64,000 nt of DNA, taken from the NCBI RefSeq assembly GCF_009914755.1, contig NC_060946.1; one strand, 5' to 3'. Made by a program: the position numbers and the translations under genes. Below the pieces are notes generated by a model. That model did no database searches and was not told where the DNA came from. It saw only the letters and a list, made by a program, of their open reading frames with translations. Below are positions 26,053 to 39,219 of the stretch, piece by piece. The stretch is from the human T2T-CHM13v2.0 reference genome, Homo sapiens. Position 1 is the first letter of the stretch, and the number at the start of each line of letters is the position of its first letter.

Positions 26053-26412
26053 CTCTTAGTTAGCTCAGGCTGCTATAACAAAATACCATTGACAGGGTGG
26101 CTTAAACGACAGAAATTTATTTTTTCACTGTTCTGGAGGGTGGAATCCAAGATCAGAGTGCTAGCATAGTCAAGTTCTGGTGGGGGCCCTCTTCCTGGCT
26201 TGCAGATGGTCATCTTCTTGCTGAGTCTTCACAAGGAAGGGGGCTAGGGGAATCTTTCTGGTCTGTCTTCTTATAAGGGAACTACTCACATTATGAGAGC
26301 TCCACCCTCATGACTCCGTCTGAACCTAATTATGTCCCAAAAGCTGCATCTCCAAATACAATCACTATGGGAGTGAAGGCTTCCACATAGGAACATAATT
26401 CAGTCCATGGCA
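26053..26412 (-). mobile_element. MLT1A0-like LTR (MaLR)
   Basis: 'tcttagttagctcaggctgctataacaaaatacc...cttaaacgacagaaatttatt...attcagtccatggca'. Confidence 0.85.
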
Positions 26413-26433
26413 CCTCATGACTAAAAGACCTAG

Positions 26434-26560
26434 AGCCAGGCGTGGTGGCTCATGCCTGTAATCCCAGCACTTTGGGAGGCCAAGGTGAGAGGACCACTTG
26501 AGCCCAGGAGTTCAAGACCAGCCTAGGCAACATGGTGAGACCCGTCTCTTAAAAAAATTA
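26434..26560 (+). mobile_element. FLAM_C / AluJ left monomer
   Basis: 'gaggaccacttgagcccaggagttcaagaccagcctaggcaac' is J/FLAM-type; ends in an A-tract. Confidence 0.85.
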
Positions 26561-26860
<300 letters not shown>

Positions 26861-27093
26861 TTAAGAATAAATAAAATTTATTTTATTTATTAGTTCTCCA
26901 TCTGGCTTTGATTAATAAGAAAGATCACCTAGATATTCTTTCCGACTTCATTGTTTGTCTCTAAACTGGCTCCCATAGTAGGGAATAGGCCTTCATTTAT
27001 TGAGCCCTTTCAAATACCAATCAGTCTTCTCAGACGTTTGTAGAATTGTGGAAGGAGGTAAAAGGGATTCTATAGAGCTACATTCTTCTAAAT

Positions 27094-27385
27094 CAGTGCT
27101 TCCCAGTTGAGCTACCATGGGTCACTAGCTTATTTATGATACCTAAGGAAGTGTCAGTGGGAAAAAAAAATTCTATGGTTAAACAAGTTATGGAACCCTT
27201 TGTTCTTTAACCCCCTCTCAAAGTCACCATGCATATTGGTGTGAGAGGTTAGGTTTCTCTAAAGAAACCTGATTAGCTCTGTGTAACCTGAGGTTTCTCA
27301 CTCTTACTTGATCACAGAACCATTCTTAGCTGAATACCAATTAACCTCATAGGGAACTGAAGTCTCTCGCATTTGTGAATAGCTG
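27094..27385 (+). mobile_element. MER103-like hAT-Charlie element
   Basis: 'cagtgcttccca' ... 'tgaatagctg' termini; 8-bp TSD-like TTCTAAAT/TTCTAGAC fitting the Charlie target NTCTAGAN. Confidence 0.65.
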
Positions 27386-30134
27386 TTCTAGACCATGCCC
27401 TTCATCCTCCACAGTTTCCTGATGTATTGTTTTATCTGAATGCTTCTTCTGTCTCTCTCGAATTTCAGTTTAAATCCCTCTTGATCAAGAGAGTAAGTTA
27501 ACTCTTAACAAAACACTTTCTGAAGAGTAGCCTCTAGCAGAACCAAGCTTATTATTCTAGTATCTCAAAACACAGTCCACAGGACCATGACCTGTTTCTT
27601 TTAAATCTTCTACAAGGTTCACTTCACACACCTTCCTTTCACCTCTAAGTTATCATCCTTGAGTGGGAGAATAAAAGGAAATGTCAATATCTTGTATCTT
27701 GAGGCCCTCAGTCTTCTTTCCCAGACATCAAACTATTAATACTAGAGACAAATTTCAAGCTGCTTAAGGTTGCATCAATTTTACCCACACGTCCTAAAAG
27801 AAGTGGGTAGTGATTGCTGGATTTGATGCATCTTGGCAGGTGCTCAGTCACTGCAGGAAGTCAGCTCTCCACCAGATCAGGCATATTCAATCTGTGTGCA
27901 GCCACCCCCATACAGCTCAGCAGACTCCCCAGTCACCCCTGGCATCTTTTTATCCTGGACCTGTAGTCGCAAGACTCCTTACACCTGCTCCTATACTGTT
28001 CTCCAAGCATGCACTGCAGTACCTGTCTCAGAGGGTACAGCTTTACCTTCTGTAGGCAGAGCCTCAGACATGCCTGTGCTCCAGCTTCAAAGCTTTGCCT
28101 GTCCCTTACTCTTCTGAACTTCATTCTTCTTCTGGCCAGCCTCATGACACTAGTTTTAATTCCTCTCCTGTCTCCTCTGAATTTCTTTTTTTTTTTTCTG
28201 ATGACCTTAATGAATTAAGTCTCCCATCCAGACAGGAACTGCTTCATCCTCACTTTCCCTACTTGCCAGCCTCAATTCATCTGATAATGCAGTATTTACC
28301 AAGCTTATTAAGCCATTTAACAGTTTGAATACTATCACCACTCTTATGCATCAGTGGAATGATAAGAGAGTCAGGGGTTCATGTGTTATAAAGTGCAATT
28401 ATTTGTCTTTACTTGGAATTGCTTTCTGACTTTTTGTTTATTTTATTCAGACACAGTGTGAGGAACATGAGACTTCACGTGTTCTTTTTATTTCTGTCAT
28501 ATGTCCTTTGGGAATAAGTTGGAATCATATAAATATTTACCGTGGAATAAAATTTGAATACAATGACAAAAGTATGTTGAAATTATAAGACAATCTGCAT
28601 AACAAAGATGTCACTAATGTGATCAATTGGTGTAGCAGAACATATTTTAAAAATAGTTTATCACATAATTGTTAAGACAATTGCATAAATGTATTCAGTT
28701 TCTAATGTGAAAAAGGGATCAAAGATCATTTCAGCACAAAGACAATGTAATTTTTTTATTGTCTTGCTAGGTTCATCAGGCTAAAATGGTGGTTGGTGAT
28801 AGAGCATTCCCCTAAAGGAAATTAACATTTGCTTTGCCAGTCATACTGGAGAAGTAGTTAATCCAGGTTAGAAAGTGGAATGGGATTTTGGAATAGAGAA
28901 GAGAGAAACTTCTCCTTTATGGGTCAGAAAAGACTCTAGACATGTGGAGAGGGCAGGAATAGCCCAGATTTTTGAGGCAAATGACTTCTGGACCTGTAGA
29001 GACAACAGGTATAAGTGGCACCACTGAGCATTCTGTTCTTGAAGGAACTCTCAACTGGAAGCAGCACTGGCAGCAGAAGCACAAAGAAGTGGCTGGCTTC
29101 TGAAACAGTCAATGTTGTACAACCCCTGTTGAAAGGGGGCAGATCTGATTTCTCGTTCCAGAGAATCCAGGAGAGTAGGCAAAATGGACATTTTGGACAT
29201 GAGAGAAGCAGTGTATTCTCACTGGGGCTGGGAAGAAATCAGCATCAGTTCCAGTGGAAACAATAGAATAAACAGATGAGGGAGCAAAATTGTAACAAGC
29301 AAATTGGAACTGAGGGGTCAGAGAAACTTGCTCTTCCATGTAAGTATTGCAACACCACGGGAAAACTCAGAAATGACTGCAGGGAACACTTTGATGTGAA
29401 ATAATATTTAACAAGTAGGATGGCAGGGGCTAATTCTATAACGATACTTTAGAATGATGTCAGAAAGATAATAATATGTAAGGTGACAGCCCTCATCCTC
29501 CTACAGAAATACCAGTTTTATAACCATTCATAAAGGAAAATATCTTCAAAAGAGCTCTGGAATCCAGGTAAGAGATTACAGCACCTGGGTGGAGCCCAAA
29601 AATGAGAAAAGATATATTAAAGAGAGTAGGAAGGATAGTTTCACATTACCCACAGCACTCCTCTCACAAGCCCATGCAGTGCAGTATATAGAGAGATATC
29701 TTCAGGCCTGAAGTCTCCTGTGGGGAAAAGAGAGAAAAAGGAGTGTCCAACTTCTCCACAGATCCTGGCAAAAATACCTGCCTCTCAAGACTTGTTGTGG
29801 GTCTGCCCTCATAGATCCAGGCTCCAGGTTTTCCCATGAAGACCCGGGCTCTGGGACCATCACCCATCCACATACCCCAACAGCATTCCTACCTGGAATC
29901 TTTTGTCAAGCTACCTGGTGAAAGGCTTTCCTTGCTGAGTCCAGTCTGCAAAGATTGGTAAAAGTGACTACTTCAAATGTGCACATACCAACACAAGGCC
30001 ACAAGGATCACTAAGTTTCAGGGAGATTTAGCATTTCCAAAAGAACAAAATAAATGTCCAGTAACCAGCCCTATAAAAATTAACATCTATGAACTGTCTG
30101 ACGAAGAATTTAATCTCCTTTTAAAACTCAGTGA

Positions 30135-30385
30135 TCAAGAACAGAAAACCAAACATTGCATGTTCTTACTCATAATTGGGAGTTGAACAATGAGAACACG
30201 TGGACTTAGGAAGGGGAACATCACACACTGGGGCCTGTCAGGGGGTCGGGGAAGGGGGGGCTAGGGGAGAAATAACATTAAGAGAAATACCTAATGTAGG
30301 TGATGGGTTGATGGGTGCAGCAAACCACCTTCTGTAACAAAACTGCACGTTCTGCACCTGTACCCCAGAATTTAATAACAAAGAA
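30135..30385 (+). mobile_element. L1PA7/8-like 3' fragment inserted in L1MB ORF1
   Basis: L1PA 3'UTR 'cctaatgtaggtgatgggttgatgggtgcagcaaaccacc'; TSD AAA(C)CTCAGTGA on both sides. Confidence 0.88.
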
Positions 30386-32782
30386 AACCTCAGTGAGCTA
30401 AAAGATAATGCAAAAAGATAACTAAATGATATCAGAAAGATAATACATGACAAAATAAGAAGTTCAATAAAAAGACAGAAACCATAAAAAAGCAAGTATA
30501 AATTCTTGAGCTGCATAATACAATGACTGGAATGAAAAATTTCAGTAGAGAGTACCAAAAGCAAACTCAATCAAGCAGAAGAAAACATCAGTAAGCCCAG
30601 GTACAGGCCATTTGAAATTATGCAGTCAGAGAAAATAAAAGAAAAAAAATATTTTTTAAAAAAGAGTAAAGAGAGCCTACAGGAGTTATAGGCCACCATC
30701 AATATATGCATTATTAGAGTCCTAGAAGCAAAAGAGAAAGAGAAAGAAAAAAAAAAAGCTTATTTAAAGAAATAATGGCTGAAAACTTCCCAAATCTGGG
30801 GAGGAAATGGGCATACAAATTCGTGAATCTTAAAGAACCCCAGTAAGTTTAATCTCAAAAAGTCTACATTGAGACACATTATAATTAAATTGTCAAAACC
30901 CAAAGACAAAGAGAAAATTGTAAAAGCAATAAGAGAAAACTGACTCATCATATACAAAGAAATTGCTATAATACTTTCAAAGGATTTTTCAGCAGAAATC
31001 TTGCAGGCTAGGAAACAGTGTGATGAGATATTTAAAGTGCTGAAAAAACCCTACAAACTAGTAATATTATATCAGCAAAACTGTCTGTAGAAATGAAAAA
31101 CAAAAACTTTCCCAGACAAACAAAAACTGAAGGAATTTGTCACAACTAGACCTGCCTTACAAAAAGTTCTAAAGGGAGTTGTTCGAGTTTAAACAAAAGG
31201 ACACTGGCAAACAAAACAAAGTATATAAAAGTATAAATCTTACGGGTAAAGATAAGCATATAGGCCAATACAGAGTAATGTAGTAGTATAAGGGTGATAA
31301 ATCATCACTTTTATTCCTAGTATAAAAGTTAAAAGACAAAAGTATCGAGAATAAATACAACCCCCAAAATTTGTTTGTATCGAGTATAAAATATTTAGAA
31401 AGTAAATTCTGATATCAATAACATAAACTATTGGGAGGGTGTAGCATCATGTTTTGTATGCAATTGAAGTTGATATCAGCTCAAAAGAGACTGTTAACAA
31501 CAATAAGAAATTTTATGCAATTCTCATAGTAGCCACTAAGAAAGAAAATAGCAGAAACAAAAAAAATAAAAAAGAATCAAAATATATCCCTACAAAAATG
31601 ATCAGATTACAAAGGAAACAGCAAGAGGGGAACAAAAGAACTACAAAACAGAAAAAAAAAAAAAACTAACAAAATGGCAATAGTAGATCCTTACTTACCA
31701 ATAGTTACTCCAAATGTAAATAGGTTGAATTAATCAATCAAAAGACACATAGTAGCTAAATGGAAACAAAGAATCTAATCCAACTATATTCTGTCTATGA
31801 GACCCACTTTAGATTTAAGAGCACATATAGGTTAAAAGTGAAAGGATGAGAAAAGATATTCCATACAAATGGTAACTAAAACAGGGAGTGGGTGGCTATA
31901 CTTATATCAGACAAAATATACTTTAAGTAATAAACTGTCACAACAGAAAAAAATTCATTACATAAGATAAAATTGTCAATTTGACATGTGCAATTAAAAT
32001 TATATGCACCCAATATATTTTGGAACACTTAAAGGTATAAGGAAAATAAGCGTTATAAGGAAATTAAATGTTTCCACGTTGGAACACTTAAATTTATAAG
32101 GAAAATATTAACAGAGCTGAAGGATAAATAGCCAGAAATACAATAACACTAGGAAACTTCAAAACCTCACTTGCAATAATGAAAAGATCATCCAGATAGA
32201 AAGCCAACAGGAAACAGCAGACACTAAAGACACCACAAAAATACTTAGGACCAATAAATGAATTTAACAAAACTGCAAGGTGTAAAATAAATATACAAAA
32301 ATGAATTTTTATAAACTAACAGAATAATCTGGAAAGAAATTAAGAAAAATCTCATTTACAATAGCATCAAAAACCTAAAATAATTAGGAATAAACTTAAT
32401 AAAAAAACATAAAAGACTTGTTACACCCAAGAGAATAAAAAGACACCCTGTGTCCATGGATTGGAAGAATTAATATTGTTAAAATGTCCATACTACCCAA
32501 AGCAATCTACAGATTCAATGCAATTCCTATCAAAATTATAATGGCAATTTTATAGAGATAGAAAAACATCCTAAAATTAATAGAACTATAAAAGATCCTG
32601 AGCAGCTAAAAAAAAAACTTGAGAAATAACATACTTTATGATTTCAAAGTATATTTCGAAGCTTTAGTAATAAAAACAGTATGATCCTGACATAGAAACA
32701 AACAGATAGACCAATGGAACAGAATAGTGAACCTCAAATAAACTCATGTATTTATAGCCAACTGATATTTGACAATTGTAAA

Positions 32783-33010
32783 ATACCAGCTAATCAAGAG
32801 GCTGAGGCATGAGAATCACTTGAATACAGAAGGTAGAGGTTGGGGTAAAATTGCACCACTGCACTCCACCCTGGGCAACAGAGTGAGACTCTGAAAAAAA
32901 AAGAAAAGAGAGAGAGAGAGTTGGGGGCAAGAAGATGAAGATGAAAAGAAAAAGAAGGAGGAAAGGAAGAAGGAGGAGGAGGGAGAAAAAGGAAAGGAAA
33001 GGAAAGGGGA
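32783..33010 (+). mobile_element. Alu right monomer (FRAM-like or truncated Alu) with GA-rich tail
   Basis: 'ccagctaatcaagaggctgaggcatgagaatcacttgaa...gggcaacagagtgagactctgaaaaaaaaag' followed by purine low complexity. Confidence 0.85.
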
Positions 33011-33817
33011 GAAAGGATATTTTCTTTAATAATACATGGTGTTAGAAAAACTGGATATCCACAAACAAAAGGACAAAATTGGACCCTTACCTCATACCAT
33101 ACAAAAAACCCTCAAAATTGATTAAATATTTAAACATAGGACCTGAAACCATAAATCTTCTAGAAAAACCATAGGAAAAAAGCTTCTGGATATTGGTCTT
33201 GGCAATAAATTTTTGGATATGACACAAAAAGCTTGGGCAGCAAAAGCAAAAATAGACAAGTAGTATTACATTAAACTAAAAAGCTTCTGCACAGGAAAGG
33301 AAACAATCAACAAAATGAAAGGCAACCTATGAAATCAAATAAAATATTGGCAAACCATACACTATCTGATAAAGGGCTAATATTTAAAATATATAAGGAA
33401 CTTCTACAAATTAATAGAAAAAATATTAAGAAATGGGAAAAGGTACTGAATAGGCATTTCTCCAAGGAAGATATACGAATGCCCAGCAGGTATACAAAAA
33501 GGCATTCAACATCACTAACCATCAGAGAAATGCAAATCAAAACCACAGTGTAATATTATTTCACATATGATGGCTATTTTTATATACATATATAGCAATA
33601 TTGAATGGCAAACAAGATAACAAATATTGGAGAAGATGTGGGGAAAATGGAATCCTTGTACACTATTGGTGGGAAAGTAAATTGGTGTATTTACTACGGA
33701 AAACAATATAGCAATTACAAACTAAAAATAGAACTATCATTTTATTCAGCAATCCAACTTCTGGGTATTTGTCCAAAGGAATTGAAACCAGGATCTCAAA
33801 AAGATATATGCATTCCC

Positions 33818-34158
33818 CAGTTCATGTCCTTTGCAGGGACATGGATGAACCTGAAAACCATCATCCTCAGCAAACTAACACAGGAAGAGAAAACCAAACA
33901 CTGCATGTTCTAACTCACAAGTGGGAGTTGAACAATGGGAACACATGGACACAGGGAGGAGAACATCACACACCAGGGCCTGTCTGGGGGTGGGAGGCAA
34001 GGGGAGGGAGAGCATTAGGACAAATACCTAACGTATGCGGGACTCAAAACCTAGATGACAGGTTGATAGGTGCAGAAAACCACTATAGCACATGTATACC
34101 TATTTAACAAACCTGCACGTTCTGCACATGTATCCCAGAACTTAAAAGTTAAAAAAAA
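33818..34158 (+). mobile_element. L1PA10-like 3' fragment inserted in L1MB
   Basis: 'ggacaaatacctaacgtatgcgggactcaaaacctagatgacagg'; TSD AAAAGAT(A/T)TATGCATTCC at about 33799-33816 and 34156-34173. Confidence 0.9.
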
Positions 34159-36813
34159 AGATTTATGCATTCCTATGTTCATTACAACATTATTCATGAT
34201 AGCTAAGACATATAAGCAATTTAAATGTCCATTGATGAATGAATAAATAAACTGTGGTTTATACATATAGTAGAATATTATTTAGCCCCAAAAGAGAAGG
34301 AAACCCTGCCATTTTTGACAACATGGTGAACTTGAAAAATACTATGCTAATTGAAGCAAGTCAGACACAGAAGGAAAATTATCACATAATACCATTTATA
34401 AGATGAATCTAAAAGAGTCAAATTCATCAAAGTAGAGAGTGAGATGGTGGTTACAGAGGTTGGCAGGAGATGAAAAGGGGGAGGTATTAATCAAAGGGTA
34501 CAAAGTTTCAGTTACAAAAAAAGAATAAGTCATATAGGTTTACCATACAGCATAGTGCTTATAATAGTTAATACTATTCTGTATACTTAAAAATTGGCTG
34601 AAATTATAGATCTCTTGTTAAGCATTCTTATCACAAAAAAAAAAGAAATAAGAGGATGAAAGGAAACTTTTGGAGGTGTTGAATGGGTTTACAGCATCGA
34701 TTGTGATTATGGTTTCATAGATACATACCTCCAGACTCATCAAGTTGTATACATTAATTGTGTATAGTTTTCCACATGTCAACAACAATAGAGAGAGAGA
34801 GAGAGAGGCCCTTCCCAGAGCAGCTCTCCTTGCTCCTATGCCAACTGGGAAGCTTCAGTTCCAGCTCCTGTCTTCAGACTTTTCAAATGTTCATCAGATA
34901 CCAAGTTCTGCACTTCTCAACTCTAGGGAAACCATGTCAAGTTCTTCAGATGTCTTCCTGAGGCTCTCCTTGCATGACTGGAGTTGTAGGGCAGGCACCC
35001 CATGTGCTGTGGTGGAGAAGGGAGTGAGGACTCACAGCTTTCTGACAGCTCCTTCTCTAACAAGTCCCTACTTTTTAATCTCTCCAAAGTCTTTTATTCC
35101 ATCCACCTTTCCTAATACTGAACCTAGAAGGGCATAGGACAAGAGCAAGTCCTGGAAGTGTGCATCTATAGCATGTGGGAGTACTAGGGACTGCTGTGTT
35201 GTTCTTGACCTTTGAGGTCTCTGAGAAAACAGAAAGCATCTCACTTAATACTCTTTTATATAACTGTAGAACAAATTATTGTTACATCATATATGTGCAC
35301 GTGTGTGGATGTATGGATATAAAACCACACTAACATCTTGCAGAACTCAGTTTGGAAAATCTGGGCTAAGGCATTTCTGATTAACTTGCATTAGACAGAA
35401 GTTACCCCAACTTCCTTCTGAGAACAACACTTGCTCAGAAAGTCTTAAGCTGAATGATCCAAAACACCTACAGTGTTTTGCTGAAATCAAACTTTGGGCT
35501 GCAAAGTTGGCATGTCTTTCCAGCAGAGGGTATTGGATTTGAATCGCTCAGCTCTATTTGGAACCAACAAAGCACAATTATACAACAGTTGTTCTGGGCT
35601 TCTAATGATGTCAGAGAATGGGGAACATGGAAAACACAATTGTCCCACTTAGAGAAATTAGCAAGGACCCCAATGTCATCATCACGAAACTAATCAGCTT
35701 ACTCATCAGCTCCATATTCTGAAACTCAGCTAGTTTTTACGAAGCCTCTATGGGAATTAGAAAAGACCCTCCCCACTCTAGGCAGATAAATTAGAAAGAG
35801 ATAGCCTCCTGGACAGGTGTACCTCCAGGCCACAACTGTGCTTGGTCTAGATTTTAACCACATTCAGCCACATGCCCTGGCTAGTTACAAACTGTGCCAT
35901 TGTAAACAGTGGCCCCAAATATATTTTGTTTATTTTAAATAAACTTAATATTTTCACCATAGATGTGATAATGTTTATACAAATTATTTCTAAAATATGT
36001 AAAAAACAACTATTTTTGCCACCACCCAAAGGCATAAACGTTGTATTTCTTGAGCATATTTTAAGTGGTTGTGATCACACTGTATATGGCTTTGTATGCT
36101 TCTTAATATAACGATATGATACAAGCTCCTTTTTTGTTCTACAAATTCTTTGTCAATGCCATGTTAAGTAGGTTTTCCATAGATATCAAAAAGAAAGACA
36201 TGAGCGAATCTTAGGGAACTCAGGGAAAAGCCAAAGACAGCTGAAAATGAATGAAAAACTCCAGGACCTATCTTTCTGGGAAAGATTAAAAGAGGGAAAA
36301 CACATATACAGATGGAAGGTTTGAAACCTATATTTTGGCAGGTATTTTCTGAGTCAGAGTGCAAGTCTTGAAGGGACTTAGGATTGATCTTCAAGAAATC
36401 TGGAACTCACCGTGGTCCAGCACTCTCTCCATTTGAGGAAAGCTGGATCAAAAAGCACCTCACTGGACCAACTCATGCCAGCTTCTCAAAGCCAAGGATA
36501 GCATTTTATCCAAATATTTTGCTTTAATGTCAACTGAAAGTCAAACTTTAAAAATAGCAGGAGGCATTTTGCAAATCTAATTAGTCTCCTCTGAGATGCT
36601 CTGGGGTGCATTGAGTACCATCTACCTGCATTTGGTAGACTAGAAGTAGGGAGAGGTGGAGTAGAATAACCCACCGGTGAGCTGCAGCCAGTGGAGGGCC
36701 AGGCTTTTATGAAGCTCAGGGTGACAAACAGATAGCCACCCCATTCACTGACCTGCTTTATGGAGACCAGAGGTGATGTTCAGAGACAGCCTTTAGAAAG
36801 AGCTATTGCTTGG

Positions 36814-37110
36814 GACTGGGAGTGGTGGCTCATGCCTGTAATCCCAACACTTTGGGAGGCTGAGGTGGGTGGATTACTTGAAGCCAGGAGTTCCAGAACA
36901 GTCTTGGCAACATGGTGAAACCCCAACTCTACTAAAAATACAAGAAAAAAAGCCAGGTGTGGTGGCGCATTCCTGTAGTCCCAGCTACTCCAGAGGCTGT
37001 GGTGGGAGGACTGCTTGAACGCAGGAAGTGCAGGTTGCAGTGAGTCAGTATCTCTGCGCTCCAGCTTGGGTGACAGAGTGAGACTCTATCTTAAAAACAA
37101 AAAACAAAAA
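36814..37110 (+). mobile_element. Old Alu (AluJb/Sz6-like)
   Basis: Dimeric Alu, 'ggtgggaggactgcttgaa'; TSD AGCTA(T/C)TGCTTG. Confidence 0.92.
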
Positions 37111-37601
37111 AGCTACTGCTTGCAGAAAGTTATATTTGGCATTCCTAATCTCTTTGCATCCTGAAAGCACCTCACCAGAAAAAGTTCTCATCCACATGTC
37201 TCTCCCCAACCCCTGCCCATCAAAATAAGTTCTATAGAGGGCTAGATTTGTCAGTTCTCCATGGGACGAAAACTCAGAGCTCTACATCCTACGACGTGAG
37301 TTCTCTAAGTCATTAAATAAACTCTGGCCAATCATGTAAATCCTTTGGGATTCTGGCAGTGACTTGTTATATTTGAAAGTTTCTTAGATTTTCTTTATGA
37401 AAAAAAGAATGCTCAGGATAGATTTTATGTCACAACTCATAAATTCAACTCAACATGTGTTTATTGGACACCTTTTATGAAACACAAATTTTGTAATAAA
37501 CTATATTAAATCATTCATGAGAATAACATGCATTGTGTATATTTCCTGAATGGAAATGGTAACCAAACTTGTTCACAAAAACTCCTAATGAATCACTTAA
37601 C

Positions 37602-38076
37602 TGAATCAACTATACCCCTAACATGAAACAGATGATTCACACAAAAGGGATAGAGTTTAAGAAAAGGAGTATTTATAAATATGTTGGCAGGGTGAAGAGA
37701 AACCCGCTAGGGACAGTGAAGCACCCTAGAGCCAGCAACAATGGGAAGCTTTTACCTGTCCTCAGCCAAAAGATAGAAGAAGCTGTTGCTGGAACCAGTG
37801 AGACCCTTAGCTCTAGGAGGATGGGGCTTCCCAACTGGTGCTGGGATTTTCAAGGGAAGAAAGTAGCCATTGCCAAACTGTGACCAGAAGGGACACAGAG
37901 GGATAAACACTCAAGCTCTCTCCCTTTCCACTCTTCAGTCTTCTGCCAATGATTCTCATTGACTGAACCCAACAGGAGCCCAACTATCCTTAGAGGTTAG
38001 CTTTTGGTGGCACAGAAGAATGACAGAAAGGTCTGGGGAGTGGATCTGGGAAAGTAAATGATGAACACCCAGCGTA
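37602..38076 (-). mobile_element. LTR33-like LTR (3' LTR of a decayed ERVL-class provirus)
   Basis: 'gaaacagatg...tatttataaatatgttggcagggtg...cattgactgaacccaacagg...gagtggatctggg...cccagcgta'; purine-rich tract adjacent on the minus strand. Confidence 0.75.
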
Positions 38077-38665
38077 GCCCATTCACCGCCACCCCACTTT
38101 CTCCCTTTGCATTCACTCTTACGCTTTGGATGGAAAGCTCATGATCTTAACAGGTGGAACACATAAAATTTTAGTAGCTTTATATCATCACCTGATAATG
38201 TCAATTCAGTTTCACCTTAAACCTAAAATATTAACACCAGGAGTGCTCTGCTCTTTCATATAAGGCAGTTGGGGTGGGAGGAAGAAGACAAAACATAATT
38301 AATTCACCTAAAATTTAGCTGCTAGAGTTTTCATTGCTGTAAGTGGTCACAAGAAATTAATTGGTAATCATTGCTTCTTTTTTCCACACATATATTACAT
38401 TTACTACCTGCAGAGTAGCTTCTGCATCATCTTGAGATGGGATGACTCAAACCCTCATTTCTTTAGGGTCTTAGTCATCAGCTATCCTTTTTTATTGAAC
38501 TGCAACAGCTTTCCATTGACTAAGACTATTGGACAAGAAAGTACTAAGAGAGACCCAGAGAATTCCCATGGGTCCCAGATTGGTCTTAATTTAGTCCTTC
38601 TGTGTGACAGGGCACAATAAATATAAGCCTACTGCTTCAATTATTTCTTCATAAAATAAGTGCTT

Positions 38666-39219
38666 TGTGGTACTAAATTTTACCTTCTAAAATGACCCCC
38701 AATAATCTCTATCTCTTGGTATTGATACCCTTCTGTGACTCCCCTTCCCATGCTTATGTGTGTGAGCTGGTCTTAGTGACTTGAATCTAATGTACAGAAT
38801 ATGGCAAAAATGATGGCACTTTACTTTTGAGATGAGGTCATTAAGGGATTTGACATCTGTCTTCTCTCTATCTCTATCTCTGTCCCTTTGGCTATTCTGG
38901 AGTTCTTGCCCTGATGAAGCATGGTAACATGTTGTTAGGGGCCCTGTGGAGAAGGCCATTTGGCAAGGAAGCCCAGTGAAGAACTGAGGTCCCCAGTCCA
39001 AGAGCCATCATGGAACTGAATTCTGCTAACAACCACATGAGTAAAATTAGATATGGATTCTTCCCCAGTCGAATCTTCAGATGAGACTGCAATCCCAACA
39101 GACACCTTGATTGCAGCCTTGTGAGAGACCTAAAATAGAGATTTAGTTAATAAATGCCTGTTATTTTAAACCACTAAGGCTCAGGATAATTTATCATACA
39201 GTAATAAGTAAATAATGTA
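38666..39219 (+). mobile_element. MLT1F-like LTR inserted in the provirus
   Basis: 'ttctaaaatgacccccaataatc...ggaactgaattctgctaacaaccacatgag...cagatgagactgcaatccc...caccttgattgcagccttgtgagagacc'. Confidence 0.82.

Larger units (their letters stand above)
29465..34790 (+). mobile_element. Ancient L1MB1/2-type LINE: 5' region, ORF1, ORF2 with large internal deletion, 3'UTR; three younger insertions
   Basis: ORF1-like 'gaaataatggctgaaaacttcccaaatctgg'; ORF2 start about 31675; C-terminal peptide at 33329-33553; 3'UTR 'ggaaacttttggaggtg...catcaagttgtatacattaa'. Confidence 0.85.
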
